A stretch of 64,000 nucleotides of DNA, from positions 62,001-126,000 of IMG/VR virus record IMGVR_UViG_3300028840_001395, one strand, 5' to 3'. Below, in pieces: positions 37,439 through 47,072 of the stretch (positions are counted from its first letter, which is position 1; every line of letters begins with the position of its first letter). A program made the translations under genes and the position numbers. The notes beneath the pieces were generated by a model. The model had not been told where the DNA came from, searched no databases, and was given only the letters and a program-made list of their open reading frames with translations.

Positions 37439-38293
37439 ATGGCCAAGCAGGAGATGAGCGCCAAGGACTTCCGCGAGGATCTCCTTCGGGTTCTCGCGGA
37501 CAAGACGGGGCTCAAGGCCAACAAGCCGGTCAAGCACGGTGACGTGTATGACTCGGTGGCGACCCTCAAGGGCGTCACCCGCGACCAGTACGGTCAGCAG
37601 GCCAACACCAACATCCTGTGGGTGGATCGCTGGATTCAGTGGGCCTTCAAGTCCCTGGTCGATGAGGGACTCGGCAAGCGGGCCGGGCGTGGCCAGTGGG
37701 CGCTGACCCCCCAGGGCGTCAAGGAAGCATCCGGGCTCGTCGCCGGGACGGCGGACGCGACCGCCAACACCGACACGGACGCCGACGAACAGGACACCCC
37801 CGCTCCGACCAAGCCGGTCGAGGCGGTCAGCCTCTCGGTCGGGCCGGGCCAGGACGAGAACTCCTACCACACCGACCCCTACATCCGGGCGCTGGCGGCG
37901 CAGGACACCTCCTGCTTCGAGGCCTACTCGGACAAGAGCACGACCTGCTCCGCCTGCCCCCTCGCGGGCGCGTGCATGAACGCGATGGCTGCCGAGCTGT
38001 CCACGCTGGCCCGCGAGCTTGCCGAGGAGGACAGGGAGGCCGAGGCCCGCGCGAAGATGGGCATCTCCGACCCGAAGCCGAAGAAGGACAAGGATCAGGG
38101 GGCCAAGTCCAGCGGGGGCGGCTCGAAGACCAAGGTGTCGCAGAGCAACGCCAACCTGATCGTCGTCCAGCAGCAGGCCATCTGCCGGGGCTGTGGCAAG
38201 ACCATCCCGAAGGGCGATGAGGGCTGGTGGGTGCGCTCGACCAACACGAGCGAGGGTGGTCTCTACCACGCGGACTGCCTGGAGGTCGAGTGA
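37439..38293 (+). CDS. Mrr_N-like winged-helix protein with zinc-binding motifs
   Basis: RWIQWAFKSL...RGQWALTPQG; CSAC, CRGC. Confidence 0.65.
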   Translation: MAKQEMSAKDFREDLLRVLADKTGLKANKPVKHGDVYDSVATLKGVTRDQYGQQANTNILWVDRWIQWAFKSLVDEGLGKRAGRGQWALTPQGVKEASGLVAGTADATANTDTDADEQDTPAPTKPVEAVSLSVGPGQDENSYHTDPYIRALAAQDTSCFEAYSDKSTTCSACPLAGACMNAMAAELSTLARELAEEDREAEARAKMGISDPKPKKDKDQGAKSSGGGSKTKVSQSNANLIVVQQQAICRGCGKTIPKGDEGWWVRSTNTSEGGLYHADCLEVE

Positions 38294-38778
38294 GCAACCG
38301 GATTGATGATCTGCGGAAGCTGGTGCAGGCCACCGAACTGGTGGCCCGCGCCGTGTCCACCGAGCTTCGAGCCGGAACGCTGGACACCGACGACCAGGTG
38401 GCCGTAGGACAACTTCTCGACACCATCTCCAAGCGGGCGAACAAGGCGCTCGACCCTATCAAGGTGGCGCTCCGCGAGAATGCCGTGCAGCAAGGCGGCA
38501 AGCCGGGGCCGGTCTACCACAACTCGACCCACGGGCCGAGCTGTACGGTGGTCATCCCCAAGCCCGCCTTGAAGATCCTCAAGGATGCGGACATGGACGG
38601 TCTGCGGGCACTCCTGGGGGATCGGTTCGATGGGTTCTTCGAGACCATCACCAAGTACAAGCCACGCCAGGAGTTCGAGAACCGAACCGCCACCTGCAAG
38701 GACGCCGCCGAGCGTCAAGCCGTGCTGGACGTGGTGGAGCTTGATGAGGGGACGCCCCGCGTCTCCTTCAAGGGGTGA
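38290..38778 (+). CDS. Hypothetical protein
   Basis: GTGA-coupled start. Confidence 0.7.
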   Translation: MSNRIDDLRKLVQATELVARAVSTELRAGTLDTDDQVAVGQLLDTISKRANKALDPIKVALRENAVQQGGKPGPVYHNSTHGPSCTVVIPKPALKILKDADMDGLRALLGDRFDGFFETITKYKPRQEFENRTATCKDAAERQAVLDVVELDEGTPRVSFKG

Positions 38779-38781
38779 AGC

Positions 38782-39105
38782 ATGAAGCCGAACCAGGCCG
38801 AGATCATCGAGGTCATGCGCGTGGTCTCGCAGATCGAACGCGAGATCAAGGAGCGTGACGAGGCCGAGGGTACCAGACGACCGGATGGCCCGAGCGAAGG
38901 GCGGCTCTACGAGCGCCTGGGTATCTTCCTGGTGGCCATGTGCCGCTCCGGGGTTCACCCTGGCCGGGCGCTCGACCTGATAGGCAAGATGGCCAACATG
39001 CCCGAGGTGAGCAAGGACTACTTGATCCTCCTGGGCTCGATTCAGATGGAGGGCGATGGGGCCTTCCTGGTGCCGCCCAACATGCAAGGGCTGATGGAGT
39101 GCTGA
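38782..39105 (+). CDS. Hypothetical protein
   Basis: Operonic ORF. Confidence 0.7.
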   Translation: MKPNQAEIIEVMRVVSQIEREIKERDEAEGTRRPDGPSEGRLYERLGIFLVAMCRSGVHPGRALDLIGKMANMPEVSKDYLILLGSIQMEGDGAFLVPPNMQGLMEC

Positions 39106-39106
39106 T

Positions 39107-40513
39107 ATGTCGTTCAAGTACCAGGTCATCCGGGACGGGGACAACCGCTTCGTGCTCCCGCAAGTCGGGGAGATGAACTGCGAGGTCGTGGCCTTCCTGA
39201 CCGACGAACTCTTCGACGGAACCGACGAGAAGCTCTGGTCGCAAGCGGCGAACAGCGCCTCGTATCCGGGTGTCACCCACGTCTACCTGATGCCGGACAC
39301 CCACCTGGGCTACGGGGTGCCCATCGGCGGCGTCGTGATCACGGACGGCACGCTCATCCAGGCCGGGAGCGGCTACGACATCTCCTGCGGTGTCCTCTAC
39401 ATGAAGGCCCACATGGGAGCCATCGAGGTCACCGACCCGGAGAAGCGGCTCGCCTGGATCCGGGAGATCGAGAAGCGCGTCGCCACGGGTGTCGGCTCGC
39501 ACCAGCCGGAGTTGATGAAGTCGGCAGACCACAACGTCATTCAGTCCGCCTTCCTCAACGGGGCGGCTCCGCTCAACGTCTCCGCGACGCAGTGCGAGCG
39601 CCTGTGCATCCCGGTGGACGAGCAGTACTTCGACCCGAACCGTATCGAGCGAGCCATCACCAAGGCGGCTCCGCAGATGGGCAGCCTGGGCGGCGGGAAC
39701 CACTTCATCGAGATGCAGGTTGACCCGAGGGACTCGTCCGTCTGGCTCATGGTTCACTGCGGCTCGCGTGGGTTCGGCTGGCAGACGGCCAACCACTACT
39801 ACTACGCCGGGGCCGAGGCCCGTGGACTCGTGCCGAAGAAGCGGGAACAGTCCTGGCTCTACATGGACGAGCCGCTGGGCCGGGAGTACTGGGCGCACCA
39901 CAACGCGGCGGCGAACTACGCCATCGTCAACCGGCACGTCATCGCGGAGCGTCTGCGCGAGGCCACCCAGGAGGTGTTCAACGCCGACGCCAGCGTGTAC
40001 TACGAGATCAGTCACAACCTCATCCAAGAGGAGACCATCTTCCTGCCGGACGGATCCGTGGCCACGGGTTTCGTCCACCGCAAGGGCGCGACTCGCGCTC
40101 TGCCCCCGAAGCATCCGGAGCTGACGGGCACCGCCTGGATCGAGTCGGGGCACCCCTGCCTCATCCCCGGCTCGATGCAGGCGGGTGCGGCCATCCTGTT
40201 CGCCAAGGACTCCGCGAAGTCGGGCCAGTCGGTCAACCACGGCTCCGGGCGTCTCCTGGGTCGCGGCCAGGCCAAGCGGGAGTTCTCCGAGATGCAGGGC
40301 ATGATCGATGAGGAGATGAGCGAGGCCAAGGTCACCTGCGACGATGGCACCGAGGTCGAGGGCATCGTCCTCAACACGGACAAGACGCCGCTGGACGAGT
40401 GCGGCCACGCCTACAAGGATCTCGACACCGTTCTGGGTGTCCTCGAAGCCGAGGGCATCGCGGAGGTCAAGCACCGGATGTTCCCCGTAGCGAACATCAA
40501 GGGTCTGGACTGA
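39107..40513 (+). CDS. rtcB: RtcB-family RNA 3'-phosphate/5'-OH ligase
   Basis: MPDTHLGYGVPIG, DISCG, GSLGGGNHFIE, HCGSRG, HRKGAT, PGSM, HGSGR, YKD. Confidence 0.95.
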   Translation: MSFKYQVIRDGDNRFVLPQVGEMNCEVVAFLTDELFDGTDEKLWSQAANSASYPGVTHVYLMPDTHLGYGVPIGGVVITDGTLIQAGSGYDISCGVLYMKAHMGAIEVTDPEKRLAWIREIEKRVATGVGSHQPELMKSADHNVIQSAFLNGAAPLNVSATQCERLCIPVDEQYFDPNRIERAITKAAPQMGSLGGGNHFIEMQVDPRDSSVWLMVHCGSRGFGWQTANHYYYAGAEARGLVPKKREQSWLYMDEPLGREYWAHHNAAANYAIVNRHVIAERLREATQEVFNADASVYYEISHNLIQEETIFLPDGSVATGFVHRKGATRALPPKHPELTGTAWIESGHPCLIPGSMQAGAAILFAKDSAKSGQSVNHGSGRLLGRGQAKREFSEMQGMIDEEMSEAKVTCDDGTEVEGIVLNTDKTPLDECGHAYKDLDTVLGVLEAEGIAEVKHRMFPVANIKGLD

Positions 40514-40701
40514 TGAAGGACCACCCCGGCGGATCAACCAACCTGCAAGCCTTCCCCGAGGAGAAGGGGCCTCCCCTGGAGTACCAGCGGAACTCGCACA
40601 ACTCCAACCAGAGGCAGATCGCCAAGAAGGCCCAGCGGAAGAAGCGCCGGGGATGGGACAAGGAGAAGATCCAAGAAGGGCTGAAGGAAGACAATGGCTG
40701 A
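40513..40701 (+). CDS. Small basic hypothetical protein
   Basis: TGATG coupling. Confidence 0.5.
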   Translation: MKDHPGGSTNLQAFPEEKGPPLEYQRNSHNSNQRQIAKKAQRKKRRGWDKEKIQEGLKEDNG

Positions 40702-40924
40702 CAAGGGCCTGAGCCTTGATGACTTCGTGGCCGAGCTTCGCCGGGACGTGGACGCCTTCGAGAAGTGGTGGCGGGAGCAGAACGCCAAGAACCCCGAACA
40801 CTTCGAGATGGCATTCCCCGAGGACAACTCCGGCCTCTGGTTCGAGCAGTTCCTCTACTTCATGACGGAGGGCGGCAGTGAGCGAGAAGAAGATCCGGGT
40901 GCTGGGGCCGCTCCCACATCCTGA
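40694..40924 (+). CDS. Hypothetical protein
   Basis: Operonic ORF. Confidence 0.6.
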   Translation: MADKGLSLDDFVAELRRDVDAFEKWWREQNAKNPEHFEMAFPEDNSGLWFEQFLYFMTEGGSEREEDPGAGAAPTS

Positions 40925-41177
40925 CGAGCTTCCCCGACTCAACATCGAGCGCATCCCCCGCAAGGAAATCTGCGAGATGTGCCAGAATCTCTTCGGCAGC
41001 CTGCTGGAGTTCGGTCGGGAGTGTGAGGAGAATGGCATCGAGTTCCGCCGCTTCGACATGTTCGAGGATCAGACTGTGGCCGACGCCCAGCGCCAGGCCG
41101 AGGAGGACGAGAAGTTCTTCAAGGCGCTCGATTCTGTCACGGATGGGGTAGAAGTATCCGAGGAGGACGACGGATGA
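40878..41177 (+). CDS. Hypothetical protein
   Basis: Operonic ORF. Confidence 0.6.
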   Translation: MSEKKIRVLGPLPHPDELPRLNIERIPRKEICEMCQNLFGSLLEFGRECEENGIEFRRFDMFEDQTVADAQRQAEEDEKFFKALDSVTDGVEVSEEDDG

Positions 41178-42304
41178 GCACCTGGGTCTGGCCAGTTCCC
41201 GGAGTCGTGCCGTGGGAGATCCCCAACAGGGAGACTACCCCAGGTTCGTTCGCAGCCCGAAGGAAGCACGACATCCACACGGGCATCGACATCTACGTGC
41301 CCGAAGGCCAGCCCGTCCACGCCGTCGAGGCTGGGACGGTCATCACCGTGGACGACTTCACCGGCCCCAAGGCGGACTCCCCCTGGTGGGAATCCACCCG
41401 AGCCGTGTTCATCCAGGGCGCATCGGGCGTCGTCGGTTACGGGGAGATCCTGGAGGTCGAGGGCATCGAGCCGGGAGCACAGGTCGAGCAGAGCCAGCTC
41501 ATCGGCCACGTCAAGCGGGTGATCAAGCAGAACAAGAAGCACCCGAACCCCAAGGCCATGCTCCACATCGAGCTGTACGAGGAGGGCTACAACGGAGAGG
41601 GTGAGTGGTGGAAGCTCGATGAGGAGAAGCCCCACCTCCTGCTCGACCCGACCCAGAATCTCCGGGGAGCCTGGGCGCGCGTGACCGAGCGTGACCACCG
41701 CGACCTCCCGCCCCTGCCGACCGACCTGGTGGAGCGCAAGGAACTCGTCGGGTTCGCCATCGACCACCGCCTGTTCACCTACCCGTTCCCCCTCGGGGAT
41801 GAGACCGAGGAACAGGCGATGGCCAAGGACTACTGGGCTGGGGGCAGCTTCGATGAGTGCGTCAGCGTCGAACTCCAGTACGTCGATCCCACGACCGAAT
41901 CCCTGCGTGGAGAAAGGGCCTCCTGGGATGACCCCCGCAACACGACGCCCCGCGTCTGGATCGAGGGTGGCGGCTGGAGCGACGAGTCCAAGGGTGATAG
42001 TGGGCACCCCGAGCCGCCCGAGGGATGGAACCAGTACAACAAGTGGCAGAGCGTCCACGACTACCGGCTCAACACCGGGGGCTACACTCTGGAGGAAGCC
42101 TACCTGAACTTCGCCCGGCTGGTGAAGTTCTTCTACAACGACGACGGGACAGACCGTGAGGACGCCCCAGAGCAGTGTGAGGGCGATTTCACGCTCCCGA
42201 ACGAGCGCGGATACAAGTCGGGATGCAAAGACGCCGGAGACGGCTTCTGCGAGGTCTGCGGCTTCCTCATCAAGCCCCACGAGGACGAGGAGGAGGACGA
42301 ATGA
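41174..42304 (+). CDS. M23-family peptidase domain plus unknown C-terminal domain
   Basis: HTGIDI, PVHAVEAGTV, LHIEL. Confidence 0.75.
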   Translation: MSTWVWPVPGVVPWEIPNRETTPGSFAARRKHDIHTGIDIYVPEGQPVHAVEAGTVITVDDFTGPKADSPWWESTRAVFIQGASGVVGYGEILEVEGIEPGAQVEQSQLIGHVKRVIKQNKKHPNPKAMLHIELYEEGYNGEGEWWKLDEEKPHLLLDPTQNLRGAWARVTERDHRDLPPLPTDLVERKELVGFAIDHRLFTYPFPLGDETEEQAMAKDYWAGGSFDECVSVELQYVDPTTESLRGERASWDDPRNTTPRVWIEGGGWSDESKGDSGHPEPPEGWNQYNKWQSVHDYRLNTGGYTLEEAYLNFARLVKFFYNDDGTDREDAPEQCEGDFTLPNERGYKSGCKDAGDGFCEVCGFLIKPHEDEEEDE

Positions 42305-42516
42305 GAACCAAGACGTTCGAGGTCGTCCACTGGAATCGTCGGGAACCGCCCCTTGTCGGGCTGAAGCCCAATGCCGAGGGCAAATACATCGTGGAGTTGA
42401 GCGGGGATGAGATTCTGGATCTCCTCGATACCCACAATATCAAGTTCCAGCGGACAGCCGCAGGACAGATACGTCTCTGGGTGGCTCCGCCGACCGAGAA
42501 CTTCTCGCAGAGGTGA
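42301..42516 (+). CDS. Hypothetical protein
   Basis: ATGA coupling. Confidence 0.6.
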   Translation: MRTKTFEVVHWNRREPPLVGLKPNAEGKYIVELSGDEILDLLDTHNIKFQRTAAGQIRLWVAPPTENFSQR

Positions 42517-43064
42517 CAGAGATGGGTGACCCACACCGCAAGGAACGCTACGGCGAGACCTGGCCCCAGCACCGCATCGACGGCTACCTCGAAGAGATGG
42601 AGTATCTCCGTGACCTGGTGACCATCTCCGGCGGCTGGGCCTGGCACTTCATGTGCCCGCTGGGGCACACTGAACTGAAGCACGGACACGACCACAAGGA
42701 TCTGGACATCTACGTTGACCCGAATCGGCTCTGGGAGGTCATCGAGCGTCTCATCCAGCGAGACTTCGAGCGCAAGAGCACCAAGTACGACAGCAACGAG
42801 TTCATGCGCTACCAGAAGACCCTCAAGCTCAAGGGCGAGAAGCCCTTCAAGATGGTCATTGACCTGTTCGTAGGCGAGGTGTCCAAGCGCCAGGTCGGAG
42901 ACGGCTGGTTCGTGGTCGAGCCGGTCACGTTGCTGTCCTTCTACACCAAGGGGCATCACGGGTCGAGCGAGAGCTTCGCCGTCCAGGCGGCGAGGGAACT
43001 CGTCGCTCACGGGGTTGACCCCGTAGATCGGCAGGAGTTGATCGCCATCCCCACGGAGGAGTGA
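42513..43064 (+). CDS. Nucleotidyltransferase-superfamily protein
   Basis: ISGGWA...HKDLDIY...IDLF. Confidence 0.65.
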   Translation: MTEMGDPHRKERYGETWPQHRIDGYLEEMEYLRDLVTISGGWAWHFMCPLGHTELKHGHDHKDLDIYVDPNRLWEVIERLIQRDFERKSTKYDSNEFMRYQKTLKLKGEKPFKMVIDLFVGEVSKRQVGDGWFVVEPVTLLSFYTKGHHGSSESFAVQAARELVAHGVDPVDRQELIAIPTEE

Positions 43065-43330
43065 TGACAGTCCGAGTAGGAAGCTCTGAACTGGTTCCCG
43101 TCGAGGGTGGGAGAGAACTCACCTTCCGGGTGGACAGGCTCATCCTGAAGAGTGAGGTGTTCCAGATCGTCAAGAGCCATGCCCCCTCGAAGGCGCTTGC
43201 CGAGCACCTCAAGGAGATGGGCCTCCCCGAGAAGTTCACCCACGCCTCGTTCGCGACTTGGGAGCGGGCTTCCTCTTCCGAGGGCCTGACGGTCGTGGAA
43301 GGGATCACCCTCCAGCTACGGGAGGGCTGA
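43061..43330 (+). CDS. Hypothetical protein
   Basis: Operonic ORF. Confidence 0.55.
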   Translation: MMTVRVGSSELVPVEGGRELTFRVDRLILKSEVFQIVKSHAPSKALAEHLKEMGLPEKFTHASFATWERASSSEGLTVVEGITLQLREG

Positions 43331-43752
43331 TGCAGAATCTCGCCACCGCTGGAGGACTGCTGTTCCTCCTGACCTTCTTCCACTTCATCTTCGACTGGGT
43401 GCCCCAGAACCACGAGGAGGCCACCACCAAGTCGAAGGACTCGTGGGTTCGGGCTCTTCACGTCAGCCTCTACACGTCCTTGATGTTGATCCCGATGGCC
43501 GCGATGTTCTGGCACTTCCCTCCCCAGAAGATGACCTGGTACTGCATCTCCAGCTACGCGGTGACCTGGGTGACCCACTTCATCGGGGACAGCTACCTCA
43601 TCGTGTTCGCGTGGGCCAAGTATGTCCGGAAGATCCCTCCTGAGCTTCAGACGCCCAAGGAGCCACTGACCCTGATTCTGGCAATCGTGATCGACCAGCT
43701 ATGGCACATCGCTTGGCTCGGAGTGCCGGTCGCGTTGGCCGTGTGGGGGTGA
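43330..43752 (+). CDS. DUF3307-like membrane protein
   Basis: HFIFDWVPQ...H...THFIGD...DQLWH. Confidence 0.75.
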   Translation: MQNLATAGGLLFLLTFFHFIFDWVPQNHEEATTKSKDSWVRALHVSLYTSLMLIPMAAMFWHFPPQKMTWYCISSYAVTWVTHFIGDSYLIVFAWAKYVRKIPPELQTPKEPLTLILAIVIDQLWHIAWLGVPVALAVWG

Positions 43753-43755
43753 CTC

Positions 43756-44016
43756 GTGCCTGACGAGAACAAGTTCGCTATGCTCGGAGAGGTCTGCTAC
43801 ACCGTGCGGGCCTGCTGCGAGATCTGCACCCACGGGACGTTCATCTCGACCTCCATGTGGGGCACCTGCGCCAAGCACACCTATGAGCACAAGAAGCACA
43901 CCGGGAAGCCCCGGCAGATGAGCATCAACCGTGTCGGTGTCTGCAAGACCTTCGACGCCGACGAGTCCAAGCTCGACCGGCTCCAGAGCTTCCGGAACTT
44001 CTTCGTGGGGGAATGA
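43756..44016 (+). CDS. Cys-rich hypothetical protein
   Basis: CCEICTH...C. Confidence 0.65.
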   Translation: MPDENKFAMLGEVCYTVRACCEICTHGTFISTSMWGTCAKHTYEHKKHTGKPRQMSINRVGVCKTFDADESKLDRLQSFRNFFVGE

Positions 44017-44258
44017 TGGCCAAACCCACCGTCAGGGACATCCATGAGATAGTGGCCCGTCTCGACCGGGATGCTTCTGCCTTCAAGGAAGTGGCGAACG
44101 CCACACCTCTCGAAGATTCTATCCAGCCCGCTGTTCCGTTGACCATCGTGAGCGTGCTCGAACACGCGACCTTCCTCGAAGGTCTGTCGGCCACACTGAA
44201 GAAGCTGATTCCCGAGGACGAAGTCAGCGTAGAGACTGATATCGCTCCAGAAAAGTAG
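44013..44258 (+). CDS. Hypothetical protein
   Basis: Operonic ORF. Confidence 0.5.
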   Translation: MMAKPTVRDIHEIVARLDRDASAFKEVANATPLEDSIQPAVPLTIVSVLEHATFLEGLSATLKKLIPEDEVSVETDIAPEK

Positions 44259-44838
44259 CCCTCGCCACCTCGGAAGAGTCGAAGCGCACCTCGATGTGCT
44301 CTATCTCCTGCGGGATAGGTGGCAATCCCCAGTTCATGTTGCGGATGGACGGACACTGGGACTTCTCCAGACACAGTGCCAGCAAGTCCGCCGCCTTGAC
44401 CTCGGATCTGGCGTAGAACCGCTTGTTCAGCCCCAGCGCCTTGGCGACAACCCCGTTGATCTTCCGCTCCAGGTCACCCCAGGTGATCTGCTCTCCGTTG
44501 GGCATGTCCACCTTGATGAACTGTCGGACAGGGGCCTGGATGTCGTGTGTGTAGGCTTCACAGGCATCGTGCATCAGTCCCGAGAGCATCTGCTTCGACT
44601 CGGGCCACAGAATCTCGATGATGAGCGACACCAGGACGCTGTGCTCGGCTACCGTGATAGGCTCGACCTGACCCCCGTACCGATACGTGTAGGAGAGCCC
44701 GTAGGCGATGTCCTCCAGTCGGACATCCTCGGGCTTGGGGTCGATGAGGAAGAAGCCGTTGCCAGTGTGGGTCGGAATCCATCCTTCCCAGCGGGGCGGA
44801 CGGCGGAGCTGTCTGGTGATTGTTGAGGGCTTGACCAT
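44224..44838 (-). CDS. HD-domain phosphohydrolase (YfbR/YfdR-like)
   Basis: EDIAYGLS...RYGG...VAEHSV...MHDACEAY..D. Confidence 0.85.
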   Translation of the reverse strand: MVKPSTITRQLRRPPRWEGWIPTHTGNGFFLIDPKPEDVRLEDIAYGLSYTYRYGGQVEPITVAEHSVLVSLIIEILWPESKQMLSGLMHDACEAYTHDIQAPVRQFIKVDMPNGEQITWGDLERKINGVVAKALGLNKRFYARSEVKAADLLALCLEKSQCPSIRNMNWGLPPIPQEIEHIEVRFDSSEVARATFLERYQSLR

Positions 44839-44845
44839 CCTTGCC

Positions 44846-45403
44846 TCAGAGATTGAGTCGTGCCCACATCACGGACACGAGCGGGTCGTCACATGTCGAG
44901 GGGTCGTTCGACCAGGCAGTGCTGGCCTCATCTTCGAGCCGGGAGCCATCACCCGTTGCCTCGCCAGGCTCCACGCCCGTCACGTCCACGGCGAAGAGAT
45001 GGAACACGGTGTCAGTGGACTTGGTGCCTCTGCAGGTGTTGAGGGAGGTGAGGGACTCGATGGGAACGTCGTAGCCAGCCTCTTCCCGGAGTTCCCGCTG
45101 GGCGACCTCGACAGGTTCCTCGTCTTCGTGGTCACAGCCGCCCGTGATGGCGCAAAGGGAAGAGGAAAGGCCCCACGGCGGGACAACTTCGTCCCGCAGC
45201 AGGGCTTCCCAAGCATCACGGCCAACCCTCCGATAGGGCAGAATCGCTACGATGTTGCCATTGCAGCGACCCTCGTGGCTGAAGACGTATCCGTCGATTC
45301 CCAGGTGGGGGGCCTTGAGGTTGCGGAGGGCCAGCCACTCGTTGTCGGCCAGAGTCTCGACGGTTGCGTCGTGGAAATCTAACTCCAGCGGGTCTATGGG
45401 CAT
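44846..45403 (-). CDS. Nudix hydrolase
   Basis: GGCDHEDEEPVEVAQRELREEAGY Nudix box. Confidence 0.85.
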   Translation of the reverse strand: MPIDPLELDFHDATVETLADNEWLALRNLKAPHLGIDGYVFSHEGRCNGNIVAILPYRRVGRDAWEALLRDEVVPPWGLSSSLCAITGGCDHEDEEPVEVAQRELREEAGYDVPIESLTSLNTCRGTKSTDTVFHLFAVDVTGVEPGEATGDGSRLEDEASTAWSNDPSTCDDPLVSVMWARLNL

Positions 45404-45463
45404 GGGCTCCTCCTCTCAGAGCGACCCCTCCATAATACCCGCTGGGGATAGAAAAGCTACCAG

Positions 45464-46012
45464 CTACCCGGACTCCAAGGCTCCGTCCCAGTACTGCACG
45501 GTGCCGAGGTAATCCTGCCACGTCGGCGGCATCCCCTCCGTCCACGAGAGAACGGGGAAGCTGACACCGGGCAGCGACTTCGGCTTGACCGGCTTCGAGC
45601 GGAGCTTCATCCTGGCCTGCTCCGGCGTCCTGTCCTTCTTGCGCTGGTTGCACTCCATGCAGGACACGACGATGTTCTCCCAGCGAGTCCGGCCCCCTGC
45701 AGCCTGCGGGATGACGTGATCGAAGGTGAACTCCGCCATCGACACCTTGGTGCCGCAGTACTGGCAGGTGCCCTTGTCACGCAGCCAGACGTTCTTCCGG
45801 TTGAACTTGACGCCCTTGCGGAAGATGCCGGTGACCTTGTGGACGAAGCGCACGATGGACGGCATCGGGAACACCTGTGACGGCGACCGAATTGTCCGAT
45901 CCTCATACTCCTCCACCACCGCTGCGCGTCCCGAGATGACCCAGGTGATCGCCTTCTGCCAGCTTACGCGGCTGATCGGCATGTAGGTGTTGGTGAGTAC
46001 TAGCGTGTCCAT
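45464..46012 (-). CDS. HNH endonuclease (McrA-like)
   Basis: CQYCG, DHVIP, CMECNQRK. Confidence 0.9.
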   Translation of the reverse strand: MDTLVLTNTYMPISRVSWQKAITWVISGRAAVVEEYEDRTIRSPSQVFPMPSIVRFVHKVTGIFRKGVKFNRKNVWLRDKGTCQYCGTKVSMAEFTFDHVIPQAAGGRTRWENIVVSCMECNQRKKDRTPEQARMKLRSKPVKPKSLPGVSFPVLSWTEGMPPTWQDYLGTVQYWDGALESG

Positions 46013-46079
46013 CTCCGCATCCGTCCCTTCTGAAGCCTAGTCCTTTCCCTATCCTACTCTCGACGTGAAGCCAATAAGC

Positions 46080-46107
46080 CTCTGACGAAGTGAATAGCAA
46101 CGCGATT
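46080..46107 (-). repeat. 3' strand of the long-range stem closing array 2
   Basis: Inverted repeat of 61103-61129 (27 bp, one bulge). Confidence 0.85.
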
Positions 46108-46116
46108 CTGTGATGG

Positions 46117-46193
46117 TGGTCAGGGTGACTGGAATCGAACCAGCGACTTCCTGCGTCCAAGGCAGGTACTCTACCAGACTGAGCTACACCCTG
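46117..46193 (-). tRNA. tRNA-Pro(TGG)
   Basis: Loop CTTGGAC, CCA. Confidence 0.9.
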
Positions 46194-46194
46194 A

Positions 46195-46271
46195 TGGTGA
46201 CCCCGGCGGGAGTTGAACCCGCGCCTCCGGCTTGAAAGGCCAGCGTCCTAACCGTTAGACTGTACGGGGCC
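46195..46271 (-). tRNA. tRNA-Glu(TTC)
   Basis: Loop CTTTCAA, CCA. Confidence 0.85.
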
Positions 46272-46276
46272 GCGAA

Positions 46277-46355
46277 TGGTACTCCGGAGAGGACTTGAAC
46301 CTCCAACAGTCCCAGGTTCGTAGCCTGGCGCTCTATCCAGTTGAGCTACCGGAGC
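46277..46355 (-). tRNA. tRNA-Arg(ACG)
   Basis: Loop CTACGAA, CCA. Confidence 0.9.
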
Positions 46356-46367
46356 ATCGTATGAAGT

Positions 46368-46443
46368 TGGTACCCCCAGCAGGACTCGAACCTGCGACCT
46401 CGTGGTCCGCAACCACGCGCTCTTTCCTCTGAGCTATGGGGGT
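46368..46443 (-). tRNA. tRNA-Arg(GCG)
   Basis: Loop TTGCGGA, CCA. Confidence 0.85.
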
Positions 46444-46445
46444 AC

Positions 46446-46522
46446 TGGAACGACGGGTGAGAGTCGAACTCACATCCTCCTGGGGCACAACCAGGCGCTG
46501 CTTCCTACTGAGCTTCCGTCGC
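46446..46522 (-). tRNA. tRNA-His(GTG), U73
   Basis: Loop TTGTGCC, CCA. Confidence 0.75.
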
Positions 46523-46524
46523 AT

Positions 46525-46598
46525 TGGTCCTGGCGAGAAGAGTCGAACTTCTGTTTCCTGATCCACAGTCAGGCGTCCTACCACTAGACGACGCCAGG
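46525..46598 (-). tRNA. tRNA-His(GTG), A73, no G-1
   Basis: Loop CTGTGGA, CCA. Confidence 0.8.
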
Positions 46599-46602
46599 GA
46601 TG

Positions 46603-46905
46603 TCAGTGGCGGCGCTTCCGCCTTCGGCGCTCGCGGGGCAGCTTCGCCTTGATGCGCTTCCCCGGTCTGATCTTGCGGATGAAGACCAGCGCCTTCTGGA
46701 TCTGCGGGTGGGCCTGTAGTCCTTCGATGGTGTCAAGGCCCAGTGTCTCGTCCCGCAGCTCCTTGTTCGAGAACAAGGTGTGGATGGTCTTGTGGCACGC
46801 TGCACAGAGCAGGGCCGTGTCGAACCTGTCCTTGCCCCTCGTTTTCAGGTGGTGGTCCGACATCCGGTGCTGGGGGACATCTTGCTCGCACAGCGCACAG
46901 ATCAT
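46603..46905 (-). CDS. Small HNH-like protein
   Basis: CALC...DHHL...CAACHKTIH. Confidence 0.75.
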   Translation of the reverse strand: MICALCEQDVPQHRMSDHHLKTRGKDRFDTALLCAACHKTIHTLFSNKELRDETLGLDTIEGLQAHPQIQKALVFIRKIRPGKRIKAKLPRERRRRKRRH

Positions 46906-46974
46906 CTCACGATTCCTCCCGTCGTGCCTATTCTACTCCAACAGGGGCCACTCCGGGCCTCCTGCTTTCATTCT

Positions 46975-47051
46975 TGGTCGGGGTGACTGGATTTGAACCA
47001 GCGGCCTCCGCGTCCCGAACGCGGCGCTCCACCAGGCTGAGCTACACCCCG
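46975..47051 (-). tRNA. tRNA-Pro(CGG)
   Basis: Loop TTCGGGA, CCA. Confidence 0.92.
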
Positions 47052-47072
47052 ATCTGTGGTATAGTGGCGGTC

